64,000 nt of DNA, from the NCBI GenBank assembly GCA_020351835.1, contig CP070669.1:102782-166781 (forward strand). Direction: 5' to 3'. This DNA comes from Nitrospirota bacterium. GTDB lineage: Bacteria; Nitrospirota; Thermodesulfovibrionia; Thermodesulfovibrionales; BMS3Bbin05. Positions 18,111 through 27,358 of the stretch are shown here, piece after piece. The notes below the pieces were generated by a model, which did not search any database, was not told the origin of the DNA, and was given only the letters and a program-made list of their open reading frames with translations. The stretch's first letter is position 1. Each line of letters starts with the position of its first letter. The translations under genes were made by a program, and so were the position numbers.

Positions 18111-18126
18111 TCACAGTTAAGGTCTA

Positions 18127-18642
18127 TCAGTAAACGCCGTGATCGAACTTTGTTTCGGGTAGATATTCCCAATCCTCTCCATTACGGTATTTCGCCTCAA
18201 TATCGAGACACTTCAGCGCGTACTCGAACGCATACGGAATGCCTGGTCCGCCCGGAACAAAGCCGGCCAGTATCATTCCTACTGCAGCCGCTTCAAAGAT
18301 CTCTCCGGTCGTAGCTCCCGCGTCTATAGCCGGAATAACGTGGATGATACACCTCGGTGAGCAGTATGCAACGCCTCCGGACATGAACATCAGCTCCTTT
18401 ACCTTCTTTGAGAGCGCACCGTCGCCGAAGATGCTCTCATAGAAATCAGCGAACGTCTTTCCGGGGACAGGTGTTACAGTGTTGATGATCTTGAACATGC
18501 GAGGTACAAAACCGCAATGTTCCTTCATGTACGCATTGACTTCATCTACCGACATCTTTGATGCATCTGACATAAGCTCCTCCTTCATTTCATTTCCCGG
18601 CTCACCGGCCAGAAATTTCTTAATGCTTTCAAAAATACCCAT
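18127..18642 (-). CDS. Carboxymuconolactone-decarboxylase/AhpD-like family protein
   Basis: AYCSPRCIIHV, a CxxxCxxH variant of the AhpD CxxCxxxH core. The ORF opens with GTG at 18648, but ATG at 18642 sits 5 nt after a perfect GGGAGG. Confidence 0.7.
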   Translation of the reverse strand: MGIFESIKKFLAGEPGNEMKEELMSDASKMSVDEVNAYMKEHCGFVPRMFKIINTVTPVPGKTFADFYESIFGDGALSKKVKELMFMSGGVAYCSPRCIIHVIPAIDAGATTGEIFEAAAVGMILAGFVPGGPGIPYAFEYALKCLDIEAKYRNGEDWEYLPETKFDHGVY

Positions 18643-18728
18643 TGTCACCTCCCTTTACGGGAACTTAAGCTACCTGCCTCACCTCCTCTCATATACAAAC
18701 ACACATAATATTTGGATTTCGTTCCTCT

Positions 18729-19757
18729 TTATAGCTTCCACTCTGTTGCAATCTGAATGAACTTCTGAATGTTCTCATAAGGAACCGTTGGCGGGATGTC
18801 GCATCCCGGCATAAGAACAAAAGCACCATCGGTACCGGCTGTTTCTATTATTTTTTTGCATGAGCTCTCAACATCGCTTGCACTTCCCTGCAGCATTATC
18901 TGTACAGGATCTACGTTGCCGCCAAAACATATTTTGCCGTGCAATACTTCTTTAGCCTTTGCTATATCGGTCTTGTGATCAAGACTGATGCAACTGGCAC
19001 CAGTGTCAGGGAAAAGCTCAAGCCTGTCAGTAGTATTCCCGCAAATATGCAAAAGAGTATGTGCGTTCTTCGATTTGGCCCAGTCTGTGAACTTCTTGAG
19101 GGCTGGCACAGCGAACTGCTCGAACTGTTTTTTGGAGATAAGATCACCCGAAGCGGTCGGGTCTGCAAGGCTTATCACCTCAAGCGTTCCGTCGCTGACT
19201 ATGGGTTCGTAAAGATGGATAAGGAGATCACATGCAAAATCAACTATCTTCTCGACGAGAGCCGGTTTCTTGAACGTAGCCTTCATCATGGCCTCTTCAC
19301 CGACAAACCGGGCACCAAGTGTAAAAGGTCCCCACGCAGTGAGGGTAACGATATATTTATCGCCTATCTCCTTTTTTGTTCTCCGCAATGCCTCTTTTGT
19401 AGTATTAATGGTCTCGTCTTTATCAATATCTTCAATATTAAGACCATCTATCTCTTCTTCTGAACTTATGAGATGATCTTCGAGATCAGGGGCACCTACC
19501 TCCCGGAACTTGATCTTTCCTCCAAGAGCTGAGGCATGAAAATTGTTGTATCCCGACCCTGCATAAACGATATCGCACTTCAGCCTCTCACTGTTCTCTA
19601 CGAGCACTTTTGTCATCTTGCCGGCATCCTTTGAGATCTCTTCAAAGGTAGTCCCTGAGCTGTTAATGCTCCACATGCCTCCGCCAAAAAGAGTTACCGG
19701 TACCCTTTCAGGCTTGCCCCCTTCATAAGCCTTTAGAATTATTTCCCTCGGTGTCAT
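18729..19757 (-). CDS. Uroporphyrinogen-decarboxylase-family methyltransferase (MtaA/MtsA-like), paralogue 2
   Basis: 342 aa. LLHICGNT (HxC) and LMPGCDIPP (C) are candidate Zn ligands. Strong SD (GGAGGAG). Confidence 0.85.
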   Translation of the reverse strand: MTPREIILKAYEGGKPERVPVTLFGGGMWSINSSGTTFEEISKDAGKMTKVLVENSERLKCDIVYAGSGYNNFHASALGGKIKFREVGAPDLEDHLISSEEEIDGLNIEDIDKDETINTTKEALRRTKKEIGDKYIVTLTAWGPFTLGARFVGEEAMMKATFKKPALVEKIVDFACDLLIHLYEPIVSDGTLEVISLADPTASGDLISKKQFEQFAVPALKKFTDWAKSKNAHTLLHICGNTTDRLELFPDTGASCISLDHKTDIAKAKEVLHGKICFGGNVDPVQIMLQGSASDVESSCKKIIETAGTDGAFVLMPGCDIPPTVPYENIQKFIQIATEWKL

Positions 19758-19769
19758 ATACTCCTCCTT

Positions 19770-20135
19770 TCAAATAAGAACAGAACTTCTGTTTCGAATT
19801 ATTTCTTTGAACATTGCCAGGAAACTGTCTATCTCTTTGGGAGATCCTGTGACATATACTCCATCTTTTAGCCTGGTCTTTTCCGATACGCTATCTGTCA
19901 AAAGAAATATCGGGGCAGATGAGATCGTATCCTTCATTATTGAAGCAGCCTCATACGCATTAAGTCCTATATTCCTTGTGTCGAGTATTACTGCGTCGTA
20001 CCTGTTTGCAAGAAACTCTCTTACTGCATCTGATATATATTCGATAGTAACAACCTCTATACCCCCGTCCCGGATAGGACCATACAGCTCCTTTATAAGC
20101 AACGGTTCCTGAGAGCACAGAAGGATCCTTTTCAT
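19770..20135 (-). CDS. Stand-alone receiver-like (CheY-fold) protein, degenerate
   Basis: 121 aa. AVILDTR retains an acceptor-like Asp, but the N-terminal acidic pair and the usual MP motif are missing. Confidence 0.6.
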   Translation of the reverse strand: MKRILLCSQEPLLIKELYGPIRDGGIEVVTIEYISDAVREFLANRYDAVILDTRNIGLNAYEAASIMKDTISSAPIFLLTDSVSEKTRLKDGVYVTGSPKEIDSFLAMFKEIIRNRSSVLI

Positions 20136-20149
20136 CGCAGGAAATTAAG

Positions 20150-20165
20150 AGCAACTTCAATGCCA
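20150..20165 (-). promoter_or_regulatory. Sigma-54 (-24/-12) promoter
   Basis: Minus strand reads TGGCAT-TGAAG-TTGCT, with exact GG-N10-GC spacing. It is the only full match I found by eye on either strand. It is intergenic, directly upstream of the 13-gene operon. Confidence 0.6.
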
Positions 20166-20237
20166 GATCCAATTCCCTTTATAATGCTTTGCTTACAGCG
20201 TATAGGGCAGTTGACCGATAGCAGTTCTGAGTAAATC

Positions 20238-20266
20238 TTCCCCATAGACTGAGGTATTTTTCCCCA
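20238..20266 (-). repeat. Direct repeat TTCCCCA x2 (22-nt period), possible activator binding site
   Basis: TCTTCCCCATA at 20236-20246 and TTTTCCCCACA at 20258-20268 (plus-strand text). These lie 75-100 nt upstream of the sigma-54 -24 box, in the divergent intergenic region. Confidence 0.3.
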
Positions 20267-20345
20267 CATCTTTTATCAATACTGCTAATGAAACATTGCG
20301 CTCCCGCACTATTCAATGGGGCACAAATATTGCTTTTCCGTTGAT

Positions 20346-21218
20346 ATGAGAACAACCATTGTATGCGGAATGCTGGGCTCAGGAAAAACCACTTTTATAG
20401 GAAACGTTCTGAAAGAGAGCAAAGAGAGGACCGTTGTATTGGTCAACGACTTCGGAAGCGCTGGAATAGACGGTGAGATACTGTCTGTAGACGGCATAGA
20501 TACGGTAGAACTTCCGAGCGGTTGCGTATGTTGCACACTGAAATTCGATCTCATAACGACAATAGAAAAGATTATAAAAAAATTTGACCCTCTTAGCCTC
20601 TATATCGAACCAAGCGGTGTCGCCTCACCTTCGGGTGTTTTAGAAGCGCTCGAGTCATTGAACATATCAAATGTGCTCGTGGTTGGTATAATTGATGCCA
20701 CAGAATTCATAGATATATACGAATCCGAGATGTACGGCAACTTCTTTATTGACCAGGTCGCACGATCGGACGTCTTATTGATCAATAAAACTGACCTTAC
20801 CGGATCCGGGAATGTCGAAAGGACACTGAAAATACTCCAAGAGATGAACGGTAAGGCCATAATGATACCTACCGTAAATGCCGAGATGGACCATATTCCG
20901 AAACACCGGGATAATATAAAGAAGGTTACCGGCAGTCCCTGCCATGATGTCCATCTCAGCTCCCTGTCCTTTATCATTAGAAATAAGTCGCCTCTATCCG
21001 TCTTAAATGACCTGTTCGAGAATTTATCCTCGGGCACTTACGGGAATGTCGTCAGGGCAAAGGCACTGGTCCATACCGATGAGGGGCCTTTCCGCTTTGA
21101 CCTGTCGTTCGGTCATCTATCCGTAGAACCGTTCAGAAGCAGCATTACCGACAGCCGCCTCGTTGTAATTGGCAGTTCTCTGAATGAAATGAAGTTATCA
21201 GAAGATATTGATAATTAA
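20346..21218 (+). CDS. CobW/COG0523-family GTPase metallochaperone
   Basis: P-loop GMLGSGKTTF, GCVCC motif, NKTD. The ORF opens at 20316, but MRTTIVCG at 20346 matches the family N-terminus. Confidence 0.85.
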   Translation: MRTTIVCGMLGSGKTTFIGNVLKESKERTVVLVNDFGSAGIDGEILSVDGIDTVELPSGCVCCTLKFDLITTIEKIIKKFDPLSLYIEPSGVASPSGVLEALESLNISNVLVVGIIDATEFIDIYESEMYGNFFIDQVARSDVLLINKTDLTGSGNVERTLKILQEMNGKAIMIPTVNAEMDHIPKHRDNIKKVTGSPCHDVHLSSLSFIIRNKSPLSVLNDLFENLSSGTYGNVVRAKALVHTDEGPFRFDLSFGHLSVEPFRSSITDSRLVVIGSSLNEMKLSEDIDN

Positions 21219-21314
21219 GGAGGTCCGGGATCTTGTGAAGTGCGTTATTCTGCCGTATAAGGGACCGCTACCGAATAGCTACAATTTGTGTATTGTGCAC
21301 AAATCGTAAATAAA

Positions 21315-23738
21315 CTAACTTAATACTTTTCTTACCACCGCTAAAAGGTCTCCAGGGAGTATAGGTTTTGATATGTACTCAAATCCATCCCCGGGATTTA
21401 TCCTGTCAGATATAACATCCTCACTATATCCGCTCATAAAACAAACATGGATATCCGGATCTATTTTTCTGATCGCTTCCATTGCCTCTTTCCCATTATA
21501 TCCAGGCATCAACACATCAAAAAGAAGCATATCTATCGAGTCACTGTTTTCTCTGTATTTATTTATCGCATTCAGACCGTCTGTCGCCTCAATAACCGTA
21601 TACCCTGCGGCCTCAAGAATTGCCTTAATTGCACCCCTTACCGCTTCATTATCCTCCGCAAGAAGGATCGTTTCTGTGCCGTGTGATACGTTCAATGGTT
21701 TACTATCTGATATCATTTCGGTTCTTATGCTATCAACAAGTGGAATATATATAGTAAAAGTTGTGCCCTCGTTCATTTTGCTGTGACATTCGATGCTTCC
21801 ACCGTGCTGAGTAACGATCCCATATGCCATTGAAAGCCCAAGTCCTGTTCCCTTCCCAGCCGGCTTTGTCGTAAAGAACGGCTCAAAGATATTCTCTATC
21901 ATAGATTCCTCGATCCCTTCACCGGTATCTGCAACTATTATTCTTGCATATTCTCCAGGCTTGACAATCTGACTTTCAGAGAGGTTATCCGTCATTAAGA
22001 CTTTGTCTGTCGATATGCTTAATGTCCCCCCTTTTGGCATTGAATCACGAGCATTTGTTGCAAGGTTGATCAATACCTGGTGAATTTGACTTGCGTCCAC
22101 AAGAGAAATGAGGGGTTCCTGAGCAGTATAAGTTTTCAGATCAATGTCTTCACCGATTATAGGATGCAGCAGTTTTTCAAGATTTGCTACGATCACATTA
22201 AGATCTTCCCCTTTTAAGTTAAGTGTCTGCTTTCTGCTATAGGCAAGAAGCCCTTGCGTTAGTTCAGAAGCTCTTTCCAGGGTGTTCATAATACTATCTA
22301 ATGCTTCTTCTGCAGATGATGCATCTAACTTCTTCATCGCCAAAAGTGATGTATAACTCATTATCGCCTGGAGCATATTGTTAAAATCGTGTGCGATCCC
22401 ACCAGCCAGCAGCCCAATGGCTTCCATCTTTTGGGATTGGCGAAGCTGTTCCTCAAGTGATTCTCTTTTCTCCTCGGCTCTCTTTCGTTCTGTAATATCT
22501 CTTATAGCAGATATTCTGATCTCCTCTCCTTCCTGAGTGACTGTCCTGCCCCTTGCCTCAATGTTAATCACAGATCCATCTTTCCTGGTCGCCTTAATCT
22601 CATAAACTGAGGTGTCTTTTTGTTTCATCTTTTCTTTGACCATATCTCTATCGGTCTCATGGATCAGGTCCATTAAGTTCATCCCGACAAGCTCATCCAA
22701 TTTATATCCGAGAAGTCTTGCAAATTGATCATTAGCATCTATGACCTTGCCTTTTTTTGAGAACAGTATTCCTTCAAATGATGCATCACTTATCTTCGCA
22801 AGTCTCTCTCTGCTATCACGGAGATCATTATCGGCCATGACCCTCTCTGTAATATTATGGACCATTGAAATAACACCAAGGAATTTACCATCCTTCTCAA
22901 CCGGTGTATTATGCCATTCACATGTTATGGTTTTGCCATCTCTTGTAAGATTTTCATTTATGCTGTAAACTGGCATTCTATCAGAAATAATATGTTCCCA
23001 TTTTTCCTCGATCTCAGGCCTTATATCTGAGTTAATGATCAGATCATAAGCATGTTTTCCTAATGCCTCATCCGCTGAATAACCAAAGATCTTTTCGGCC
23101 TCGGGATTCCATAATTCGATCCTGAACTCAGGAGTCCACATTATACATCCCGTAGGCATTTTATCAATAATGAGTCTGAGTTGTTCCCTGCTTTCATTTA
23201 GTGCCATCTCAATCTCTAATTGGAGTTTTTGCTTGAGTCCCTGTTCAGCAAGTATCTCGGTCAATTGAGCTAATACTATAAGATTCTTTTTATGCTTATC
23301 CTCAGTGATTATTGGAACTCTACTCAATGCATCAATGTATGCTTCTTCATCATACCCATATTTTTTAGCAAGCTTTCTAAAGCTATCCTCATCAGGCTCG
23401 TCAAGGAAGAACTGTCCAGTGAACGCGTTCCCAAGGTGGTCACCATCCACTATGATCGGAGTGGCGGTATCTACAAGTCCATGCGGGCATTTATATACAA
23501 CCTGCTCCTTCCCCTTAGAGAGCTCGCTGACCAAGTGTGTATCACTTTTAATACACACTTTTTCAGACTTCGGGTTAGCTCTGTGAAACTTCGTGCATAT
23601 GTCCTGCCACGCGGTCCCGGTCAAAATATTGCCTTCTATATCAATAATGGCAGACGGGATACTGTAAAGCTCATCAAGGTTATCCAGCAATGCTTGAAGT
23701 TTTGGAACATCTATTAATTCTGATAGTTTATAGTTCAA
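21315..23738 (-). CDS. Hybrid sensor histidine kinase with N-terminal PocR domain, two PAS domains, HisKA-HATPase and C-terminal receiver
   Basis: PocR-like region: [15 protein letters not shown]...CTKFHR...[18 protein letters not shown]. Also the H-box [17 protein letters not shown], and a receiver with [14 protein letters not shown]. Confidence 0.88.
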   Translation of the reverse strand: MNYKLSELIDVPKLQALLDNLDELYSIPSAIIDIEGNILTGTAWQDICTKFHRANPKSEKVCIKSDTHLVSELSKGKEQVVYKCPHGLVDTATPIIVDGDHLGNAFTGQFFLDEPDEDSFRKLAKKYGYDEEAYIDALSRVPIITEDKHKKNLIVLAQLTEILAEQGLKQKLQLEIEMALNESREQLRLIIDKMPTGCIMWTPEFRIELWNPEAEKIFGYSADEALGKHAYDLIINSDIRPEIEEKWEHIISDRMPVYSINENLTRDGKTITCEWHNTPVEKDGKFLGVISMVHNITERVMADNDLRDSRERLAKISDASFEGILFSKKGKVIDANDQFARLLGYKLDELVGMNLMDLIHETDRDMVKEKMKQKDTSVYEIKATRKDGSVINIEARGRTVTQEGEEIRISAIRDITERKRAEEKRESLEEQLRQSQKMEAIGLLAGGIAHDFNNMLQAIMSYTSLLAMKKLDASSAEEALDSIMNTLERASELTQGLLAYSRKQTLNLKGEDLNVIVANLEKLLHPIIGEDIDLKTYTAQEPLISLVDASQIHQVLINLATNARDSMPKGGTLSISTDKVLMTDNLSESQIVKPGEYARIIVADTGEGIEESMIENIFEPFFTTKPAGKGTGLGLSMAYGIVTQHGGSIECHSKMNEGTTFTIYIPLVDSIRTEMISDSKPLNVSHGTETILLAEDNEAVRGAIKAILEAAGYTVIEATDGLNAINKYRENSDSIDMLLFDVLMPGYNGKEAMEAIRKIDPDIHVCFMSGYSEDVISDRINPGDGFEYISKPILPGDLLAVVRKVLS

Positions 23739-23882
23739 TAGGCCCCCCGCTTAGAACTAGTGAGATGACTATACCCCTCATATTACCATATATAATTACT
23801 TATTTCGCTCTTAGAGGTTACTTAGAACAAAGATTTGCGGGTATCTATTCCGGCTGAAACATGCATTTCCATCAGTATATCT

Positions 23883-24797
23883 CTAAATCCTGTAATGATC
23901 CGGTTCGGGGTGTATTTTATTCACGAGTGACAGGTCGAATATTTCTGCGCGCTCGACATCTCTTTCTATATAGCCAAGGTCTTTCAGACGTGCGGCAAGC
24001 CTCATCGAGCAATCAATATATTCATCAGTAATAGCAATGCAGTAATGCGGCGATATTTTCAGCGCTTCCATTACGAAGTCTTTATCAACAATTTTAATAT
24101 ATGAAGATATATCACGTGATACCGGCCCCATCTCCGTCCGCAGCAGCTCCGAGGCGGACTTGTGACACTTCAGGAACTCTATGATATCTTCTATTTGCTC
24201 TACCATTATCTCTTCCCGCACAAGTATCCCGTAGCTAGGGTTATAAGGCCAAAGAAGCTCGGGTGGTATCACTATTTTACCGCCCGCAAACTTAATGATA
24301 GACTGAGCAAGGGCCGGTGTTCCAATAACCGCATCTACTTCTTTCTTTATAAAAGCCTCGAGCAGGTTGTCCGACCATCTGAAGTTCACTACCTTTGCTG
24401 GAGAACCGGTGCTGTCGATCGCATCTCTCAATATCAGGTCATGAATAGAACCGTTACCGGGGACCCCTATGATATTGAACTGGGAAAGTACATCCAGAGG
24501 ATCGCTATGTCGAGAGTGATCATCAGCATCTTTGTGGGATGCCATGACCGTTCCCTCAATATGCCCGCCTGCTACGCATTTGATCCTTACACCGTTAGCG
24601 ATACCGATAATTGCAGGAGGAAGGCCGACATAACCTATATCAAGCTCCTTATTCCCAAGTGCCTCGATAATCGCAGGCCCCGTACCAAAGAGCTGCCACT
24701 CAATGTTTTCATATGAACTACACAAACTCTCCGCGCGTGCAAGCATCAATGCAGATGTATGATAAAGAGTTGAAAGGTGACCTACCTTAAGCCTCAT
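23883..24797 (-). CDS. Periplasmic-binding-protein-fold (NMT1/NitT-TauT-like) protein without a signal peptide
   Basis: MRLKVGHLSTLYHT...LDIGYVGLPPAI resembles sulfonate/nitrate-type substrate-binding proteins. There is no hydrophobic leader. Family call is tentative. Confidence 0.4.
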   Translation of the reverse strand: MRLKVGHLSTLYHTSALMLARAESLCSSYENIEWQLFGTGPAIIEALGNKELDIGYVGLPPAIIGIANGVRIKCVAGGHIEGTVMASHKDADDHSRHSDPLDVLSQFNIIGVPGNGSIHDLILRDAIDSTGSPAKVVNFRWSDNLLEAFIKKEVDAVIGTPALAQSIIKFAGGKIVIPPELLWPYNPSYGILVREEIMVEQIEDIIEFLKCHKSASELLRTEMGPVSRDISSYIKIVDKDFVMEALKISPHYCIAITDEYIDCSMRLAARLKDLGYIERDVERAEIFDLSLVNKIHPEPDHYRI

Positions 24798-24865
24798 AGG
24801 CTATATTATTCACTAACTACACCTCAAATAGGAACTTTAGGCCGGGCTCATACCTATGATTCCTT

Positions 24866-27358
24866 ATGTTAATATTAAGAATGGGATGGTTAACGGATAT
24901 CGGCAGGAACACCGACCTTCTCTGGGAGGTGCTTGACTCCCTGAGGCTTCCGGGACTCATGATCCAAACCGACCTAAGGATAAGGGAGATAAACCGCACG
25001 GTTAAGAGCAAGCTCCTTTTTTCAGAGGATGAGATGATCGGAGCCTCACTCTCGGAGATCATCAGGATTCCCGGTGTCGAGCTGGACCATCTTCTTGATA
25101 AAGATGAGCCGGTCTTCGAGGGGACATGCTTCCAAAAGAACAGGGAGTCTTTTCCGGCAAGGATCACTTTTGTAAAGCAGCCTGAAGGGCATATAGTCGT
25201 GATCGAGGACATCAGCGGGGTTAAAGATATCGCTTCGCGTGCGGCCCAGCGAAACAGAGAGATCAGTGCGTATAACGCTCTATCCGAAACTCTAAGCCGC
25301 TCCGGCGACCTGAAAGAAGTGACAGCAGGCGTGCTTAATACCCTTGTACAGATAATGAACATAGATGCGGCCTGGATGTATCTGATCGATGCCGACATGG
25401 AAAAGCTTCAGCTCTGGAACTTCAAGGGTGTGGATGAAAAGATATTCGACAAGGCAAGGTCACTTCAACCCTATGAATGTTTTATCGGCAGGGTGCTATC
25501 TTCAGAGAAAGCTCTTCTTGTAAAGAACGCCCCAGATGATCCCAGAATAACTCACATCGATATTATTAATTCGGGATTTAAAAGCATTGCCGGCGTCCCC
25601 TTGACCATAAAGGATATCGATCACAAAAAGGGGCGTGTGGTCGGTGTCCTGGGTGTAGGATCATTAAAGCCTGACAATTTCTCATCGCTTGATATGAAGT
25701 TCCTAACGAGCATCGGGCAACAGCTGGGAGTCACCATTGAGAATACACGCCTGATGGACAACCTCAAGGATAAAATGAAACAGATCGAACTAATTAATGA
25801 GATAAGCGGTGTCGTGAACTCAAGTCTTAGTATAGGTCATATATTCAGGCTCGTTGTATCAGAGCTCTCAAAGACCCTGAGATTCGACAGGGCCAGCATA
25901 ACACTTCTTGACGAATCAAGGAACGCCCTTAATATCTTCGCTCTTGACACGAAGCACAAAACAAGGCTCTCAAAAGGTGTTATCGCACCCATCGAAGGCA
26001 CAAGCGCCGGATGGGTAACACTTCATCAGAGGCCGTGGATCAATTACGACCTTGGTGAGGATATGGAGTTTGAACTGGATGATGTCCTGTTAAGGGAGGG
26101 GATACGTTCCACTGTGAGCATCCCCCTGTTCAAGGACCGTCCTCTGGGCTCTCTTAATTTCGACAGCTTCGAGAGCAATAAGTATTCAAATAAGGACCTT
26201 AATGTCCTGATGCCGATTGCAAAGAGTCTGTCAATTGCACTTGAGAATGCGCTGCTCTTTGAAGAGATATCGAAGGAGAAACGTGAATGGGAAAGGACCT
26301 TCGATGCTATCACCGATATGGTGTGGATAGAGAACAGTTCCGGGAAGGTCCTTCGGGTCAACAGGATGGTGCTTGAATGTTCCGGGAAGCCGGAGTTCTC
26401 ACTGGTCAAGAAGAGCTCGGAAGATATCTTTAAGGCCCTTCACATTAAGGACAGGTTTACCGGGGACAGCAACCGGGACCCGGTCAAGAAAAAACTGTAT
26501 AGAGAGGTAAAAAGCGATAGCGGCCGCATCTATCACTACTGGACTTATCCGCTTGTGGACAGTAACGGAGAGGGATATGGCGTCGTAAATTACCTAAGGG
26601 ATGTTACTGACCAGAAAAGCCTTGAAGGCCAGCTCTTTAGAAGTGACAAACTTGCATCATTAGGCACTCTCTCGGCGGGCATAGCACATGAGATAAATAA
26701 CCCGCTTGGCATAATAGCAGGTTATTCGGAGGCACTGCTTGACAGGCTCCATGACGGAGAGTTCGGCGGAGCTGAGGCACGTGAAACGTTCCTGGAGTAT
26801 CTCGAAACTATCAATAAGGAGATATTCAGGTCAAAGGACATTTTAAGAAGCCTTCTTGATTTCGCCCGTCCCTCACAGGGGACATTCAGGGAGATAGATA
26901 TAAACGAACTGATCAAAGAGGTCATACTGCTTGTAAAACATAAGGCAAGTAAATTAAGGCACTCCATAGAGCTCAGACTTAACCGGAATATACCTGCGAT
27001 AATGGCAGATCCGGGAGCATTGAGGCAGCTCTTCATAAATATAATAATGAACTCAATGTCATTTATGAGCTCGGAAGGTTCGATAATAATAGCTACATCG
27101 GTCAAAAGGTCCGGAGACAATAAGGACCACGTTCATATTAGTCTTGCAGACGACGGTTCGGGCATTGCAGAAGTAAATGCAGAAAAGATATTTGATCCAT
27201 TTTTTACGACAAAACCGATAGGTGAAGGTACGGGACTTGGCCTGTCGATCAGTCACAGGATCGTAACAGACCATAACGGTACGATAAAGGCTGAGAATAA
27301 CGATAATGGAGGAACCACAATACATATAAGATTGCCTGTAACAGAAGGGAGCAAATGA
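24866..27358 (+). CDS. Sensor histidine kinase (PAS-GAF-GAF-PAS-HisKA-HATPase), NtrB-like partner of the downstream activator
   Basis: H-box SAGIAHEINNPL and GEGTGLGLSISHRIV. 830 aa. There is a 4-nt overlap with the response regulator gene. Confidence 0.88.
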   Translation: MLILRMGWLTDIGRNTDLLWEVLDSLRLPGLMIQTDLRIREINRTVKSKLLFSEDEMIGASLSEIIRIPGVELDHLLDKDEPVFEGTCFQKNRESFPARITFVKQPEGHIVVIEDISGVKDIASRAAQRNREISAYNALSETLSRSGDLKEVTAGVLNTLVQIMNIDAAWMYLIDADMEKLQLWNFKGVDEKIFDKARSLQPYECFIGRVLSSEKALLVKNAPDDPRITHIDIINSGFKSIAGVPLTIKDIDHKKGRVVGVLGVGSLKPDNFSSLDMKFLTSIGQQLGVTIENTRLMDNLKDKMKQIELINEISGVVNSSLSIGHIFRLVVSELSKTLRFDRASITLLDESRNALNIFALDTKHKTRLSKGVIAPIEGTSAGWVTLHQRPWINYDLGEDMEFELDDVLLREGIRSTVSIPLFKDRPLGSLNFDSFESNKYSNKDLNVLMPIAKSLSIALENALLFEEISKEKREWERTFDAITDMVWIENSSGKVLRVNRMVLECSGKPEFSLVKKSSEDIFKALHIKDRFTGDSNRDPVKKKLYREVKSDSGRIYHYWTYPLVDSNGEGYGVVNYLRDVTDQKSLEGQLFRSDKLASLGTLSAGIAHEINNPLGIIAGYSEALLDRLHDGEFGGAEARETFLEYLETINKEIFRSKDILRSLLDFARPSQGTFREIDINELIKEVILLVKHKASKLRHSIELRLNRNIPAIMADPGALRQLFINIIMNSMSFMSSEGSIIIATSVKRSGDNKDHVHISLADDGSGIAEVNAEKIFDPFFTTKPIGEGTGLGLSISHRIVTDHNGTIKAENNDNGGTTIHIRLPVTEGSK

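Noticed and set aside
20136-20315. Cobalamin riboswitch upstream of the CobW-like gene or the corrinoid operon
   Set aside because: I could not find a B12-box-like element or the expected multi-stem architecture in this 180-nt spacer or in the other spacers of the operon. Only a covariance-model scan could settle this.
21284-21304. ATTTGTG-N7-CACAAAT hairpin between the convergent cobW-like and PocR-kinase genes as a bidirectional terminator
   Set aside because: The stem is only 7 AT-rich base pairs with no adjacent T/A tract on either side, so predicted stability is too low to call.
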